64,000 bases of DNA from Clostridia bacterium. Its GTDB lineage: Bacteria; Bacillota; Clostridia; Christensenellales; Aristaeellaceae. The notes beneath the pieces are model-generated. The model made no database searches. It saw only the letters and a program-made list of their open reading frames with translations, and was not told the DNA's origin. Position numbers and translations under genes: made by a program. Positions 40,898-49,992 of this stretch are shown here, one piece after another; within the stretch, counting starts at the first letter, position 1, and every line of letters starts with the position of its first letter. The DNA lies in contig JAFXFR010000027.1 in NCBI GenBank assembly GCA_017513475.1, positions 9,882 to 73,881 on the forward strand, written 5' to 3'.

Positions 40898-41146
40898 CTC
40901 CTCCTTGTCTTCTTGTCAGGTATTTTGCGCAGCGGACGGCAAGATACACTGGCAATCCGTTGTAGCGGTGGAAGTCTGTTCCGGAGGACAACAAAAAGGA
41001 GCGCCATCCCGCCAGCGCTCCATGGATGATGTGCACTTGCCGGCCATGGCTGTCACGCAAAGCGGTCAGCCACGCTGCCGGGCGGGATGCTGCCGGGCCT
41101 GACTGAAACCTGGGCGCTGCGGGACGGCGGATGGCTGCTGCTGCCG

Positions 41147-41175
41147 CAAAAAACCTGCGTCCTGTGTCGGACGCA
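41147..41175 (-). terminator. Terminator after the YlaJ-like gene
   Basis: Minus strand CTGCGTCC-GACAC-AGGACGCAG followed by GTTTTTT. Confidence 0.75.
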
Positions 41176-41208
41176 GTCCAGGGTCAGTCTACGCGCGGGC
41201 TGCGGGGA

Positions 41209-41820
41209 TTATGCGTTCACGCCGTTGATTTTGCGGATGATGGCATCCAGATCGCTTTCCAGGGCGGCCATGTCGGACATGGTGTCCAGCCGGTCGCCCA
41301 GGGCTTCGATGGCGTCGCGGATATCCGCATCCGCTGTGATGGCTACAGTGGTTATGCCGGAGATCACGCTGTCGATGCGCTCCTTGATGATCTTGCGCAG
41401 CCGGTCGTCCAGACCTGCCTGATACTGGTCGTCAAATTCGATGCCGACGGCAGCTTTGCGTCCGGCGATGACGACCTCAGCATCTTCCACCTCGCTGAGG
41501 CGCTCCAGCTCATCCTCGATATCCTCGATTACGCGACGGGCCTTGTCCATGCTGGTGACGCCGGTAGATTCCGGGATGACGGTGCTGTCCGGCAGGGTTC
41601 CGGTACCGTCGTTGGCGCCGTCCATGCCGTCCATCATCCCGTCGATGATCCCGGTTGCCTGGGGCAGTACGGTGGTCACGTTGGGGGACGTGGTGGCCTG
41701 CATGGTGGGCATGGGGTCGCTGGTAGCGCTGGACATGTCGTTCTTAGATCTGCAGCTGCCCAGCGTCAGCACCAGGGACAGCACGCAGAGGGTCATAAGG
41801 GTCTTGTTCATGTGTTTCAC
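41209..41820 (-). CDS. YhcN/YlaJ family sporulation lipoprotein
   Basis: Lipobox LTLGSC. The C-terminal block (VEDAEVVIAGRKAAVGIEFD...) is typical of YlaJ/YhcN. Confidence 0.65.
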   Translation of the reverse strand: MKHMNKTLMTLCVLSLVLTLGSCRSKNDMSSATSDPMPTMQATTSPNVTTVLPQATGIIDGMMDGMDGANDGTGTLPDSTVIPESTGVTSMDKARRVIEDIEDELERLSEVEDAEVVIAGRKAAVGIEFDDQYQAGLDDRLRKIIKERIDSVISGITTVAITADADIRDAIEALGDRLDTMSDMAALESDLDAIIRKINGVNA

Positions 41821-41946
41821 CTCCTCGCGGGATATTGTGTGCAGCCTGCGCGGCAGTCAATCATGAAAAATTTACAGTTTGCCGCCTTGTTTTCGCGCAG
41901 AAATGCAGTATAATAAAGGGGAGACTATTTGACGGAGGATGCAAGT

Positions 41947-42630
41947 ATGGCAGGTTTGGTGGAACAGCTGCTGTCCCTGGCGCTGGCAGGCACGATGATG
42001 ATCTCAACGGGCCTGGATACCGCAGCACCGCACAATGATATTGAGGGCGTGCTGTTCCTGCAGAACAGGCAGTGGCGTGCCGGCTCTGCATACATCCCCG
42101 AGCTGCGCCGGGCCAACATGACCGGCAAGGTGCGCGAAATGCGTGATGACGCTGCCACGGCCCTGGAGGAAATGGCGGCTGACTGCAAGGCCGAAACGGG
42201 CGAGATCATCGTGTCGGTCAGCGGATACCGCAGCTATCAGACCCAGGCGACCATTTATCAGCGCAAGGTGCAGAAGGTGGGCTCCAAGGCCCGGGCGGAT
42301 AAGTATGTGGCCCGGCCCGGCGCATCTGAGCATCAGCTGGGTCTGGCAATGGATCTGGGCTGGGATGATTACCAAGGCTGCAGCGACAAATTCCCCCGAT
42401 CCAAGGCCGGCAAATGGGTGACGGAGAATTGCTGGAGGTACGGATTCATCCTCCGTTATCAGGCCGGCTGGGAGGACGTAACCGGTTATCAGAAGGAAGA
42501 ATGGCATTTCCGCTATGTGGGCAAGGAGCATGCCAAGGCCATCTACGAGAATGAGATGCCGCTGGAAACCTATCTGATCCTGCTGCGTCAGGAAGTGCTG
42601 ATGGATATTGTGTTGGGGGTTATTGAATGA
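41947..42630 (+). CDS. M15B (VanY-like) D-alanyl-D-alanine carboxypeptidase family protein
   Basis: The SGYRSYQTQ...PGASEHQLGLAMDL and WHFRYVG motifs are the Zn ligands of VanY/M15. GGAGG sits 8 nt before ATG 41947; the tracked start at 41929 is a TTG. Confidence 0.75.
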   Translation: MAGLVEQLLSLALAGTMMISTGLDTAAPHNDIEGVLFLQNRQWRAGSAYIPELRRANMTGKVREMRDDAATALEEMAADCKAETGEIIVSVSGYRSYQTQATIYQRKVQKVGSKARADKYVARPGASEHQLGLAMDLGWDDYQGCSDKFPRSKAGKWVTENCWRYGFILRYQAGWEDVTGYQKEEWHFRYVGKEHAKAIYENEMPLETYLILLRQEVLMDIVLGVIE

Positions 42631-43481
42631 AAACGATGCTGCGCGTGCTATGCGCTCTGCTGGCGATGCTGACGATGCTTCCCGCCGCGGCGGAGGAGGC
42701 CGACTGGCTTTTTGCAGATATCAATCCGGAATTTGTGGCCGTTTATGATGACGTGGCCTGGAATTTCCCCGTGGATATTATGGACATGGACCCGGAGCTT
42801 ATCATCCTTGTCAATAAAAGTATGTTCCTGGGGAAGGACTACGAGCCCAAGGGGCTGGTAAAAATGAAGTCCCTCAAGCTGGACAAGCAGGGCAATAACC
42901 AGAACGGCGGCGTGCGTCAGGTGGACGGGACCTGGCAGCTGCGCGAGGAATGCGCCAAGGCGCTGGTCGCCCTGTGCGACGCTGCCCGCGCCGACGGCCA
43001 TGATCTGTACCTCAAAAGCGGCTACCGCTCCTACTATAAGCAGGCCGTCATGTACGAGAACCGCTACAAGAAGTACGGCTACGACGACGGCTGGGTCACC
43101 AAGCCCGGCGCCAGCGATCATCAGACGGGTCTGGGCTGCGATGTGGTGCCCCGAGGCTGGACTGACCGCGGCATGAACGAGGACATGGCGGACGAGCCCG
43201 AGATCCAGTGGATGGCCGAGCACTGCCATGAGTTCGGCTTCATCATCCGTTATCCCAAGGATAAGCAGGACATCACCAAAATCAACTACGAGCCCTGGCA
43301 TCTGCGCTATGTGGGCGTTCCCGTGGCAACCTACATCATGGAGAACGACCTGTGCCTGGAGGAGTTCTATGAGCAGCTGATGGTGGCGGTGGAGGAATTC
43401 ATCGCTGCCGGCGGCAAGGAAAGCCTGGTGGAGGGCTTTATCCATACCTCTGCAGAAGACCGTTATTCCCATTACAAGTGA
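42627..43481 (+). CDS. M15B (VanY-like) D-alanyl-D-alanine carboxypeptidase family protein with signal peptide
   Basis: SGYRSYYKQ...PGASDHQTGLGCDV and WHLRYVG. Overlaps the previous gene by 4 nt. Confidence 0.75.
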   Translation: MKTMLRVLCALLAMLTMLPAAAEEADWLFADINPEFVAVYDDVAWNFPVDIMDMDPELIILVNKSMFLGKDYEPKGLVKMKSLKLDKQGNNQNGGVRQVDGTWQLREECAKALVALCDAARADGHDLYLKSGYRSYYKQAVMYENRYKKYGYDDGWVTKPGASDHQTGLGCDVVPRGWTDRGMNEDMADEPEIQWMAEHCHEFGFIIRYPKDKQDITKINYEPWHLRYVGVPVATYIMENDLCLEEFYEQLMVAVEEFIAAGGKESLVEGFIHTSAEDRYSHYK

Positions 43482-43487
43482 TGCATG

Positions 43488-43522
43488 CAAAAAAGCGGCT
43501 GCTGGATGCAGCCGCTTTTTTT
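43488..43522. terminator. Bidirectional terminator (VanY-like / SH3 protein convergent)
   Basis: AAAAAAGCGGCTGC-TGGAT-GCAGCCGCTTTTTTT. Confidence 0.85.
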
Positions 43523-43543
43523 GTACCGGAAGGGACGGCGGAA

Positions 43544-44521
43544 TCAGCCGTTGCCCTCCCACAGGTCGTCCATGCGGATGTAACCGTATTCCTCGGTATC
43601 CGTCAGCCAGACGTGGTAGAAATCCTCTGCCACACCCATGACGCAGAAGACAGGCCCGTATTCCCCGGTGGATTCGGTGAAGGCGCCGGATGTACGGGGC
43701 TCTGCATAGACGCGGTATGTGCCCAGGTCCTCCTTCCAGGTGAGCCACGGGCCGGCGTAGTCCACCGTGTCCATGGCCTCGCCAAAGGTCAGATACTTGG
43801 TCATCATCCAGCCATCCTGCCCACAGACGGTCACGGCACACCAGTCCTCGCCGTATTCGCGGATACGGACCGGCGTGCGGTTGTAATACTTGCCGAAAGA
43901 GACGGCGTCCGGATCGGGGCTGGCGCGCAGGTGGAGGCGATCTGCCGGGTCAGGATTGTTCACCACAGCCCAGCCGGTACGCTCCAGGTGGGAAAGGGCT
44001 TCTGACTCGGTCTTGGGCAGGGTTGTCCAGTCGATGACGGAGATATCCGACCAGGGGTGATCGCCGAGATAACCCTCGTACTCGTACAGACCGTCGTAGA
44101 TGAGATGCTTCTTCAGGAAGATCATGCCGCCGTCATCGGGCATGACCATGCTCACGCCCCAGGTGCCGTCGGCGTAGGGCTCGATGCTGACGCAGTCGTA
44201 GTATTTCGGGCTGGGGATGCCCAGAGAATGGGTGAAGTTCTCCACGCCCAGAATGGTGCCTTCCGGCAGGGGCGTGCTTTCGGTGAAGAGCCACGTTCCA
44301 TCCGCGCCACGGACGCCGCCGACGAAAACCAGCGCTCCGTCGCCGCGCTTCAGCAGCAAACGGAGTACGTCGCCGTCGTCAATGCCCTCCACATAAGTGT
44401 GGCCGGGGAGCAGTTCCGCGATCATGGTCGGATCAGCGGGATTGGCGGGTTCGGAGGCCAGGGCAATGCCGGCCGTCATCATTAGTACAAGCAACAGGGT
44501 GAACAGTCTGCGCATACGCAA
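43544..44521 (-). CDS. Secreted protein with C-terminal SH3b-like repeats
   Basis: Signal peptide. Two SH3-like segments (LHLRASPDPDAVSFGKYYNRTPVRI.. and YRVYAEPRTSG..). AAGGAGG RBS. Confidence 0.45.
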   Translation of the reverse strand: MRMRRLFTLLLVLMMTAGIALASEPANPADPTMIAELLPGHTYVEGIDDGDVLRLLLKRGDGALVFVGGVRGADGTWLFTESTPLPEGTILGVENFTHSLGIPSPKYYDCVSIEPYADGTWGVSMVMPDDGGMIFLKKHLIYDGLYEYEGYLGDHPWSDISVIDWTTLPKTESEALSHLERTGWAVVNNPDPADRLHLRASPDPDAVSFGKYYNRTPVRIREYGEDWCAVTVCGQDGWMMTKYLTFGEAMDTVDYAGPWLTWKEDLGTYRVYAEPRTSGAFTESTGEYGPVFCVMGVAEDFYHVWLTDTEEYGYIRMDDLWEGNG

Positions 44522-44613
44522 TACCTCCTTGATGGATTACACCTAAATAACGTTTGAAACAGGGAAAACCTTCCTGCAAAATAGAATTTCAAGAAAAATC
44601 GCATTAGACCTAC

Positions 44614-44637
44614 TTTGACTATTGACTTTCTTTGACC
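44614..44637 (+). promoter_or_regulatory. CtsR-operator-like heptad direct repeats overlapping the hsp20 -35 box
   Basis: TTTGACT-A-TTGACT-TTC-TTTGACC. The last 17 nt match the reverse complement of the CtsR consensus (A/GGTCAAA-NAN-A/GGTCAAA) at 13 of 14 positions. Confidence 0.45.
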
Positions 44638-44650
44638 TTTGTGTTAGAAT
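44622..44650 (+). promoter_or_regulatory. Sigma-A-type promoter for hsp20
   Basis: TTGACT-17 nt-TAGAAT. Confidence 0.5.
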
Positions 44651-44758
44651 GTGACCGTGATGAAGAAAGGAAACAAAAAAGAAGACACCCGTTGGCAACA
44701 GGTCGGCCGCTGAAACTGATAACGCAGCGGCAGGAGAATGAAGGAGGAACTGAAAAAT

Positions 44759-45235
44759 ATGATGTATTACAATTACAACCGCCCCGAAATGGTGCACCGC
44801 ATGAACCAGCTCAACCGGATGATGCGCACGATGTGTGCACAGTCCCGATCTTGCGGTCCGCGCCCGCCTATGGGCCTCCCCGTGGATGTGAAGAAGACGG
44901 ATGACGCCTACATCCTGACTGCAGCGCTTCCCGGCGTGAAGCTGGACGCCATCACCATCACCGTGGAAAACGACGTGCTGACCATTGCGGCAGAGCTGCC
45001 ACGCATTCCCCGGGAGGAGCTGGCAAGCTACATCATCCATGAACGGGTACACCGCCCGCATCAGGTGGAGCGCAGTTTCCGCCTGGAGGGAGTCGATCAG
45101 GCAGCCATCACCGCTGATGCGGCGGACGGCATTCTGACTGTCACCCTGCCCAGGGAAACGCCCGAGGAGGGCAAGGGACCGCGCCGCATTGCCATCGGCG
45201 GCCGCGTCCCCGCGGTAGAGGCCCCGGCAGAGTAA
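44759..45235 (+). CDS. Hsp20/alpha-crystallin small heat-shock protein
   Basis: Alpha-crystallin domain (VDVKKTDDAYILTAALPGVK...DGILTVTLPR). AAGGAGGA RBS precedes ATG 44759. Confidence 0.85.
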   Translation: MMYYNYNRPEMVHRMNQLNRMMRTMCAQSRSCGPRPPMGLPVDVKKTDDAYILTAALPGVKLDAITITVENDVLTIAAELPRIPREELASYIIHERVHRPHQVERSFRLEGVDQAAITADAADGILTVTLPRETPEEGKGPRRIAIGGRVPAVEAPAE

Positions 45236-45247
45236 TTCCCGCAAAAG

Positions 45248-45280
45248 GAAAGCTCCCTGCGTTGTGCAGGGAGCTTTTTC
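45248..45280. terminator. Bidirectional terminator (hsp20 / amidohydrolase convergent)
   Basis: AAAGCTCCCTGC-GTTG-TGCAGGGAGCTTTTT. Confidence 0.85.
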
Positions 45281-45285
45281 ATGTG

Positions 45286-46440
45286 TTACAGAACGTTCCG
45301 GCCGTTGACGAAAACCATCTTTGCACGGGCCTGAATATCCTTCAGGGGATCGCCGCACCAAAGCACAAAATCCGCATCCTTGCCCGCTTCCAGGGAGCCG
45401 ACGCGATCCGCGATGCCCGCGACCGTCGCCGGCGTGATGGTAATGGCGCGCCAGGCTGCATCCTCCGCCATGCCTTCGCGCACCGCAAGCCCGGCGCACA
45501 GGGACAGGTAGTTGAGCGGAATGACCGGCGCATCGGTGATGATGCACACGTCCAGGCCGGCGTTGGCCAGGATGCCGGGGGTCTCAAAGGACTTCTCCTT
45601 CAGCTCGAACTTGCTCTTGGAGCCGAAGCTCGGACCGACCAGCACGGGCTTGCCGGCCTCGACCAGCTTGTCCACGATCAGATGACCCTCGGTGACGTGG
45701 TCAAGGGTCATGTCCACGTTGAATTCCCGGCATACCCGCAGCACGGTGAGGATGTCATCCGCGCGGTGGGCGTGGGCCTTGAGGGGGATCTCCCGGTTGA
45801 TGACCGGCAGCATGGCTTCCATCTGGAAATCGAAGGGGCGTGCCTTGTTTTCAGCGTCGGCCAGGGCGATGTCGGCGGCGTACTTCTTGGCTTTGGCAAG
45901 GGTCGCGCGCAGAAGCGCAGCAATGGCCATGCGGGTCACCGGGGTCTTCTTGCCCTGCTGACCGTAGCAGCCCTTGGGGTTCTCGCCCATGGCGATCTTC
46001 ATGGCGACGGCCTCGCGGAGGATCATGTCATCCACATTGTCGCCGTGGAGCTTGATGGCGGTGAAGGTGCCGCCGATGACATTGGCGCTGCCGGGGCCGG
46101 TGCAGGCAGTGGTCACACCGCCGGCCAGAGCCACGCGGAAGGCCTCGTCCCGGGGATTGATGGCGTCGATGGCGCGCATCTCGGGGGTGACGGGCGCGGA
46201 AACCTCGTTGTAGTCCGCGCCCTCCCAGCGGACGGCTTCTTCGTGCAGGCCGATGTGGGTGTGAGCGTCAATGAAGCCGGGACAGACCAGCGCGCCCTCT
46301 GCGTCGATGATCTCGCAGCCCTCCGGCGCATTTACGGTTTTACCGATGGAGACGATCTTGCCGCCGTCGATAAGCATCTCGCCGCAGGGGATGTCGGGGG
46401 AAGTGATGGGCTTCAGATGAGCGTTGATGATGTGCAGCAT
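45286..46440 (-). CDS. Amidohydrolase family protein
   Basis: PGFIDAHTHIG metal-binding motif, and a C-terminal GSLEAGKDADFVLW typical of amidohydrolase_1. Confidence 0.75.
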   Translation of the reverse strand: MLHIINAHLKPITSPDIPCGEMLIDGGKIVSIGKTVNAPEGCEIIDAEGALVCPGFIDAHTHIGLHEEAVRWEGADYNEVSAPVTPEMRAIDAINPRDEAFRVALAGGVTTACTGPGSANVIGGTFTAIKLHGDNVDDMILREAVAMKIAMGENPKGCYGQQGKKTPVTRMAIAALLRATLAKAKKYAADIALADAENKARPFDFQMEAMLPVINREIPLKAHAHRADDILTVLRVCREFNVDMTLDHVTEGHLIVDKLVEAGKPVLVGPSFGSKSKFELKEKSFETPGILANAGLDVCIITDAPVIPLNYLSLCAGLAVREGMAEDAAWRAITITPATVAGIADRVGSLEAGKDADFVLWCGDPLKDIQARAKMVFVNGRNVL

Positions 46441-46458
46441 AGGTGTACTCCCTTCAAG

Positions 46459-46490
46459 TTACTTCTTCTCGTCCCGGATCCGCGCGGGCA
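46459..46490 (-). repeat. Orphan copy of the last 32 nt of metA, including a stop codon
   Basis: 30 of 32 positions match 46629-46660. On the minus strand it reads ..PARIRDEKK-stop, versus PAWIRDEKK-stop at the real metA end. Confidence 0.85.
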
Positions 46491-46628
46491 GCAGCGTGCC
46501 GCTGCATCCGGCTCGCGATGGAGTCGTCCGCTCCTGTCCGGCTGAGCGCGCGAGGATTGTGTATGGTCATGCAGTCGTCTTGCCGCGCTCGCAGTCGCGC
46601 GGACTACCAGGTTGCGTGAGGATGATGG

Positions 46629-46660
46629 TCACTTCTTCTCGTCCCGGATCCACGCGGGCA
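46629..46660 (-). repeat. Functional 3' end of metA, duplicated 170 bp downstream
   Basis: Direct repeat partner of 46459-46490. Confidence 0.85.
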
Positions 46661-47597
46661 TGTGGTCGTCCATCAGCACCACGCCGACCTTGTTCAGGTC
46701 GTAGGGCGTCGCCTGGTAGACGAAGTAGTTCAGCCAGTTGCAGTACAGCAGGTTCGCGCTGGAACGCCAGGTGCAGACGGGCTCCCTGGTGTCGTCGTCA
46801 TCGGGGAAGTAGTTGACGGGGATATCCGGGTTGATGCCGGCCTTCACGTCGCGGGTGTACTCGTTCAGGAGGGTGTCTGCGTCATACTCCGAGTGGCCGG
46901 TGATGAAGATCTGCCGTCCGCCGTGGGTGGAGATGGCGTACACACCGGCCTCGTCGGATTCGGCGAGGATCTTCAGCTCCGGGCGGGCGAGGATATCCGC
47001 CTCATCCACCGTGGTGTAGCGGGACTGGGGCACCATGAAGGTGTCGTCAAAGCCGCGGAAGAGGATGCTGCCCTTGTGCACGACCCTGTGGCGGTATACG
47101 CCGGAGAGCTTCCTGGGCAGGGGCTTCTTGGGGATGCCCCAGTGATAGTACAAGCCCGCCTGCGCGCCCCAGCAGATGTGGAAGGTGGAGGTCACGTGGG
47201 TCTTTGTCCACTCGAAGATCGTGCACAGCTCCTCCCAGTAGTCGACCTCCTCGAAGGGCAGCTGCTCCACCGGCGCGCCGGTGATGACCATGCCGTCATA
47301 GGTGTTGTCGCGCACCTGGTCGAAGGTCTTGTAGAAGGCCAGCATGTGCTCGGCAGAGGTGTTCTTGCTGACGTGGGATTCCACCATCAGCAGGTCCATC
47401 TCCACCTGCAGGGGCGTGTTGCCCAGCAGGCGCGCCAGCTGGGTCTCCGTGGCGATCTTGGTGGGCATCAGGTTCAGCAGCAGGATCTTCAGCGGGCGGA
47501 TGTCCTGGGTGACGGCGCGGTCGGCGGCCATCACGAAGATGTTCTCACTGCGCAGCTTCGCGGCAGCGGGCAGGTCATTGGGGATCTTGATCGGCAA
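46629..47597 (-). CDS. metA: Homoserine O-acyltransferase (MetA family)
   Basis: The [12 protein letters not shown]-terminus and resemblance throughout support the call. The start codon is TTG at 47597. Confidence 0.9.
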   Translation of the reverse strand: MPIKIPNDLPAAAKLRSENIFVMAADRAVTQDIRPLKILLLNLMPTKIATETQLARLLGNTPLQVEMDLLMVESHVSKNTSAEHMLAFYKTFDQVRDNTYDGMVITGAPVEQLPFEEVDYWEELCTIFEWTKTHVTSTFHICWGAQAGLYYHWGIPKKPLPRKLSGVYRHRVVHKGSILFRGFDDTFMVPQSRYTTVDEADILARPELKILAESDEAGVYAISTHGGRQIFITGHSEYDADTLLNEYTRDVKAGINPDIPVNYFPDDDDTREPVCTWRSSANLLYCNWLNYFVYQATPYDLNKVGVVLMDDHMPAWIRDEKK

Positions 47598-47617
47598 GGT
47601 CTTCGACCTCTTTTCTA
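47595..47617 (-). promoter_or_regulatory. metA translation-initiation module: SD plus AGGTC-GAA-GACCT mini-hairpin plus TTG
   Basis: Minus strand GAAAAGAGGTCGAAGACCTTG. It is nearly identical to the asnA module. Confidence 0.55.
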
Positions 47618-47631
47618 TGATTTATTGGGGA

Positions 47632-49992
47632 TCAACTAAGGATGGCGCGGGCGATCTCGACGGAGGCCTTGGCGTCTTTGGCATAATGGCAGCCGAGATG
47701 CTCTGCGTAGTCCGGGGTGACCACTGCGCCGCCCAGCATCATGGCCGGGGGATGGGGCAGCTTGTTCAGCTGGCGGACGGTCTCCTCCATCGCGGGGAGG
47801 GTGGTGGTCATCAGCGCGGACAGGCCCACCAGGCAGACGTCCTCACGGAGGGTCGCTTCCACGATGGTCTCCGGCGGCACGTCGCGGCCCAGGTCGATGA
47901 TCTGGTAGCCGTAATTGCTCATCACCGTCTTGACGATGTTCTTGCCAATGTCGTGGATGTCGCCCTTCACGGTGGCGATGATCACCTTGCCTTTGCGGAC
48001 GGCGTCGCCTTCGCCCATGCTTTCCTGGATGACGGCGAACACCGCCTGAGCCGCCTGCGCCGCGGAAAGAAGCTGGGGCAGGAAGGCGCGTCCGGCCTCG
48101 TAGTCCGCGCCGACCTTGTCCAGCGCGGGGATGAGGACGTTTTCCACCAGCTCCAGGCCGGTGGAGGAGGCAATGGCCTCGCGGGCCAGCCGGGATGCAT
48201 CGCCCTTCAGGCCGCGGACGATGGCCTCCTCCAGTGTCATCGCGGAGGGGGCGGCCGGTGCAGCAGCGGGTGCTGCCGCATTGGCGAAGCGATCCACATA
48301 AACGCGGCAGCCTGCGTCCTCTCCGGAGAGAACGCGGTGGGCGGCGATGGCGTCCATCATGTCCGTCAAATTGGGGTTGATGATGGGCAGCGTCAGGCCG
48401 GCAGCCATGGCCTGGGTGAGGAAGGTGCGGGCCATCAGCGGGCGGTTGGGCAGCCCGAAGGAAATGTTCGATACGCCCAGCACCGTGGGGAGGTGCAATT
48501 CCTCCGTCACCCGGCGGACGGCGTCCAGCGTGGCGCGGGCCTGATCCTGCTGGGCGGAGACCGTCAGCGTCAGGCAGTCGATCCACAGGTTCTCCCGGGT
48601 GATGCCGTGGCTTTCCGCGGCGGCAAGGATGCGCTTTGCAATGGCGATGCGCTCGTCAGCGGTCCTGGGCAGGCCGGTTTCGTCCAGCGTCAGGCCCACG
48701 ACGGCCGCGCCGTATTTCTTCACGATGGGCAGGATGCGGGCGAGGACCTTCTCATCCCCGTTGACGGAGTTGACCGCCGCCTTGCCGCAGTACACCCGCA
48801 GGCCCGCCTCCAACGCGTCGGGGTTGGTGGAGTCCAGCATCAGGGGAAGATTGGTGGCCTCCTGGAGCTTGCGCACCACCAGGGGCAGCATGGCGGCCTC
48901 CTCCACGCCGGGGTAGCCGACGTTGACATCGAGGATGTCCGCGCCTGCGTCCTCCTGCTGGATGGCCATGTCCACAATGTAGTCCATGTCGCCCGCCAGC
49001 AGCGCCTGCTGGAAGCGCTTCTTGCCGGTGGGGTTGATGCGCTCGCCGATGACCCGCACGCCGTCAATGGTGACGGCCTTCGTGGCGGTGCAGACCATGC
49101 TCGTGCGGTGGATTTCCCGCTGACCGGGGGTCATGTCCTTCACGCGCTCATGCAGGGCGCGGATGTAGTCCGGATTGGTGCCGCAGCAGCCGCCGATAAC
49201 GGACACACCCGCCGCGACGGCCTCTGCCATGGCTTCGGCGAAATCGGCTGGGGAGAGATCGTAGTGGCCGTCCACTGGGTCGGGCAGGCCCGCGTTGGGC
49301 TTGGCGATCACCGGCAAATGGGTATTCGCGCAGATCTCCCGCAGGATGGGCAGCAGCTGCTTGGGGCCCAGGGAGCAGTTCACGCCGATGGCGTCCGCGC
49401 CCAGGCCCGTCAGTGTCGCGGCCATCGAAGCCGCCGTGCACCCGGTGAAGGTACGTCCGCTTTCATCAAAGCTCATGGTGACCAGCACGGGCAGATCGCT
49501 GTTCTCCTTCGCTGCGATGAGGGCGGCGCGGGCCTCCTGCAGGTCGGTCATGGTCTCGATGACGATGCAATCCGCCCCGGCCTTCACGCCCGCACGGACG
49601 ATCTCGGCGAACATGTCCACCGCAGCCTCAAAGGGGAGCGTCCCCAGGGGTTCCAGCAGCTCGCCCAGGGGACCGACGTCCAGCGCCACCCGGGCTCCGG
49701 GTGCTATCCGGGCGGAGGAGTCCTCGCAGGCCTTCTTCGCCGCGGCGATGGAGGCCATGACGACCTCCTCCACCGAAACGCCCAGCTTTTGCAGCTTGCG
49801 GCGGTTCGCGCCGAAGGTGTTGGCATAGACGATATCCGAGCCTGCCTCAATGTACTGGCGGTGGATGGCGGTGAGCATATCCGGTTTGTTCAGGGCCACC
49901 AGCTCCGGCAGCTCGCCGGGTTGGAGCCCTGCGCGCTGGAGCATGGTGCCCATCGCGCCGTCCAGGAAGGTGAGTTTTTTCGTGTCAAACAT
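47632..49992 (-). CDS. metH: Methionine synthase core (Hcy-binding, pterin-binding and B12-binding domains; lacks the reactivation domain)
   Basis: Has an Hcy S-methyltransferase N-terminus, a pterin-binding region and the DxHxxG B12 motif (GDIHDIGKN). Start is ATG 49992, or alternatively GTG 50004. Confidence 0.85.
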   Translation of the reverse strand: MFDTKKLTFLDGAMGTMLQRAGLQPGELPELVALNKPDMLTAIHRQYIEAGSDIVYANTFGANRRKLQKLGVSVEEVVMASIAAAKKACEDSSARIAPGARVALDVGPLGELLEPLGTLPFEAAVDMFAEIVRAGVKAGADCIVIETMTDLQEARAALIAAKENSDLPVLVTMSFDESGRTFTGCTAASMAATLTGLGADAIGVNCSLGPKQLLPILREICANTHLPVIAKPNAGLPDPVDGHYDLSPADFAEAMAEAVAAGVSVIGGCCGTNPDYIRALHERVKDMTPGQREIHRTSMVCTATKAVTIDGVRVIGERINPTGKKRFQQALLAGDMDYIVDMAIQQEDAGADILDVNVGYPGVEEAAMLPLVVRKLQEATNLPLMLDSTNPDALEAGLRVYCGKAAVNSVNGDEKVLARILPIVKKYGAAVVGLTLDETGLPRTADERIAIAKRILAAAESHGITRENLWIDCLTLTVSAQQDQARATLDAVRRVTEELHLPTVLGVSNISFGLPNRPLMARTFLTQAMAAGLTLPIINPNLTDMMDAIAAHRVLSGEDAGCRVYVDRFANAAAPAAAPAAPSAMTLEEAIVRGLKGDASRLAREAIASSTGLELVENVLIPALDKVGADYEAGRAFLPQLLSAAQAAQAVFAVIQESMGEGDAVRKGKVIIATVKGDIHDIGKNIVKTVMSNYGYQIIDLGRDVPPETIVEATLREDVCLVGLSALMTTTLPAMEETVRQLNKLPHPPAMMLGGAVVTPDYAEHLGCHYAKDAKASVEIARAILS

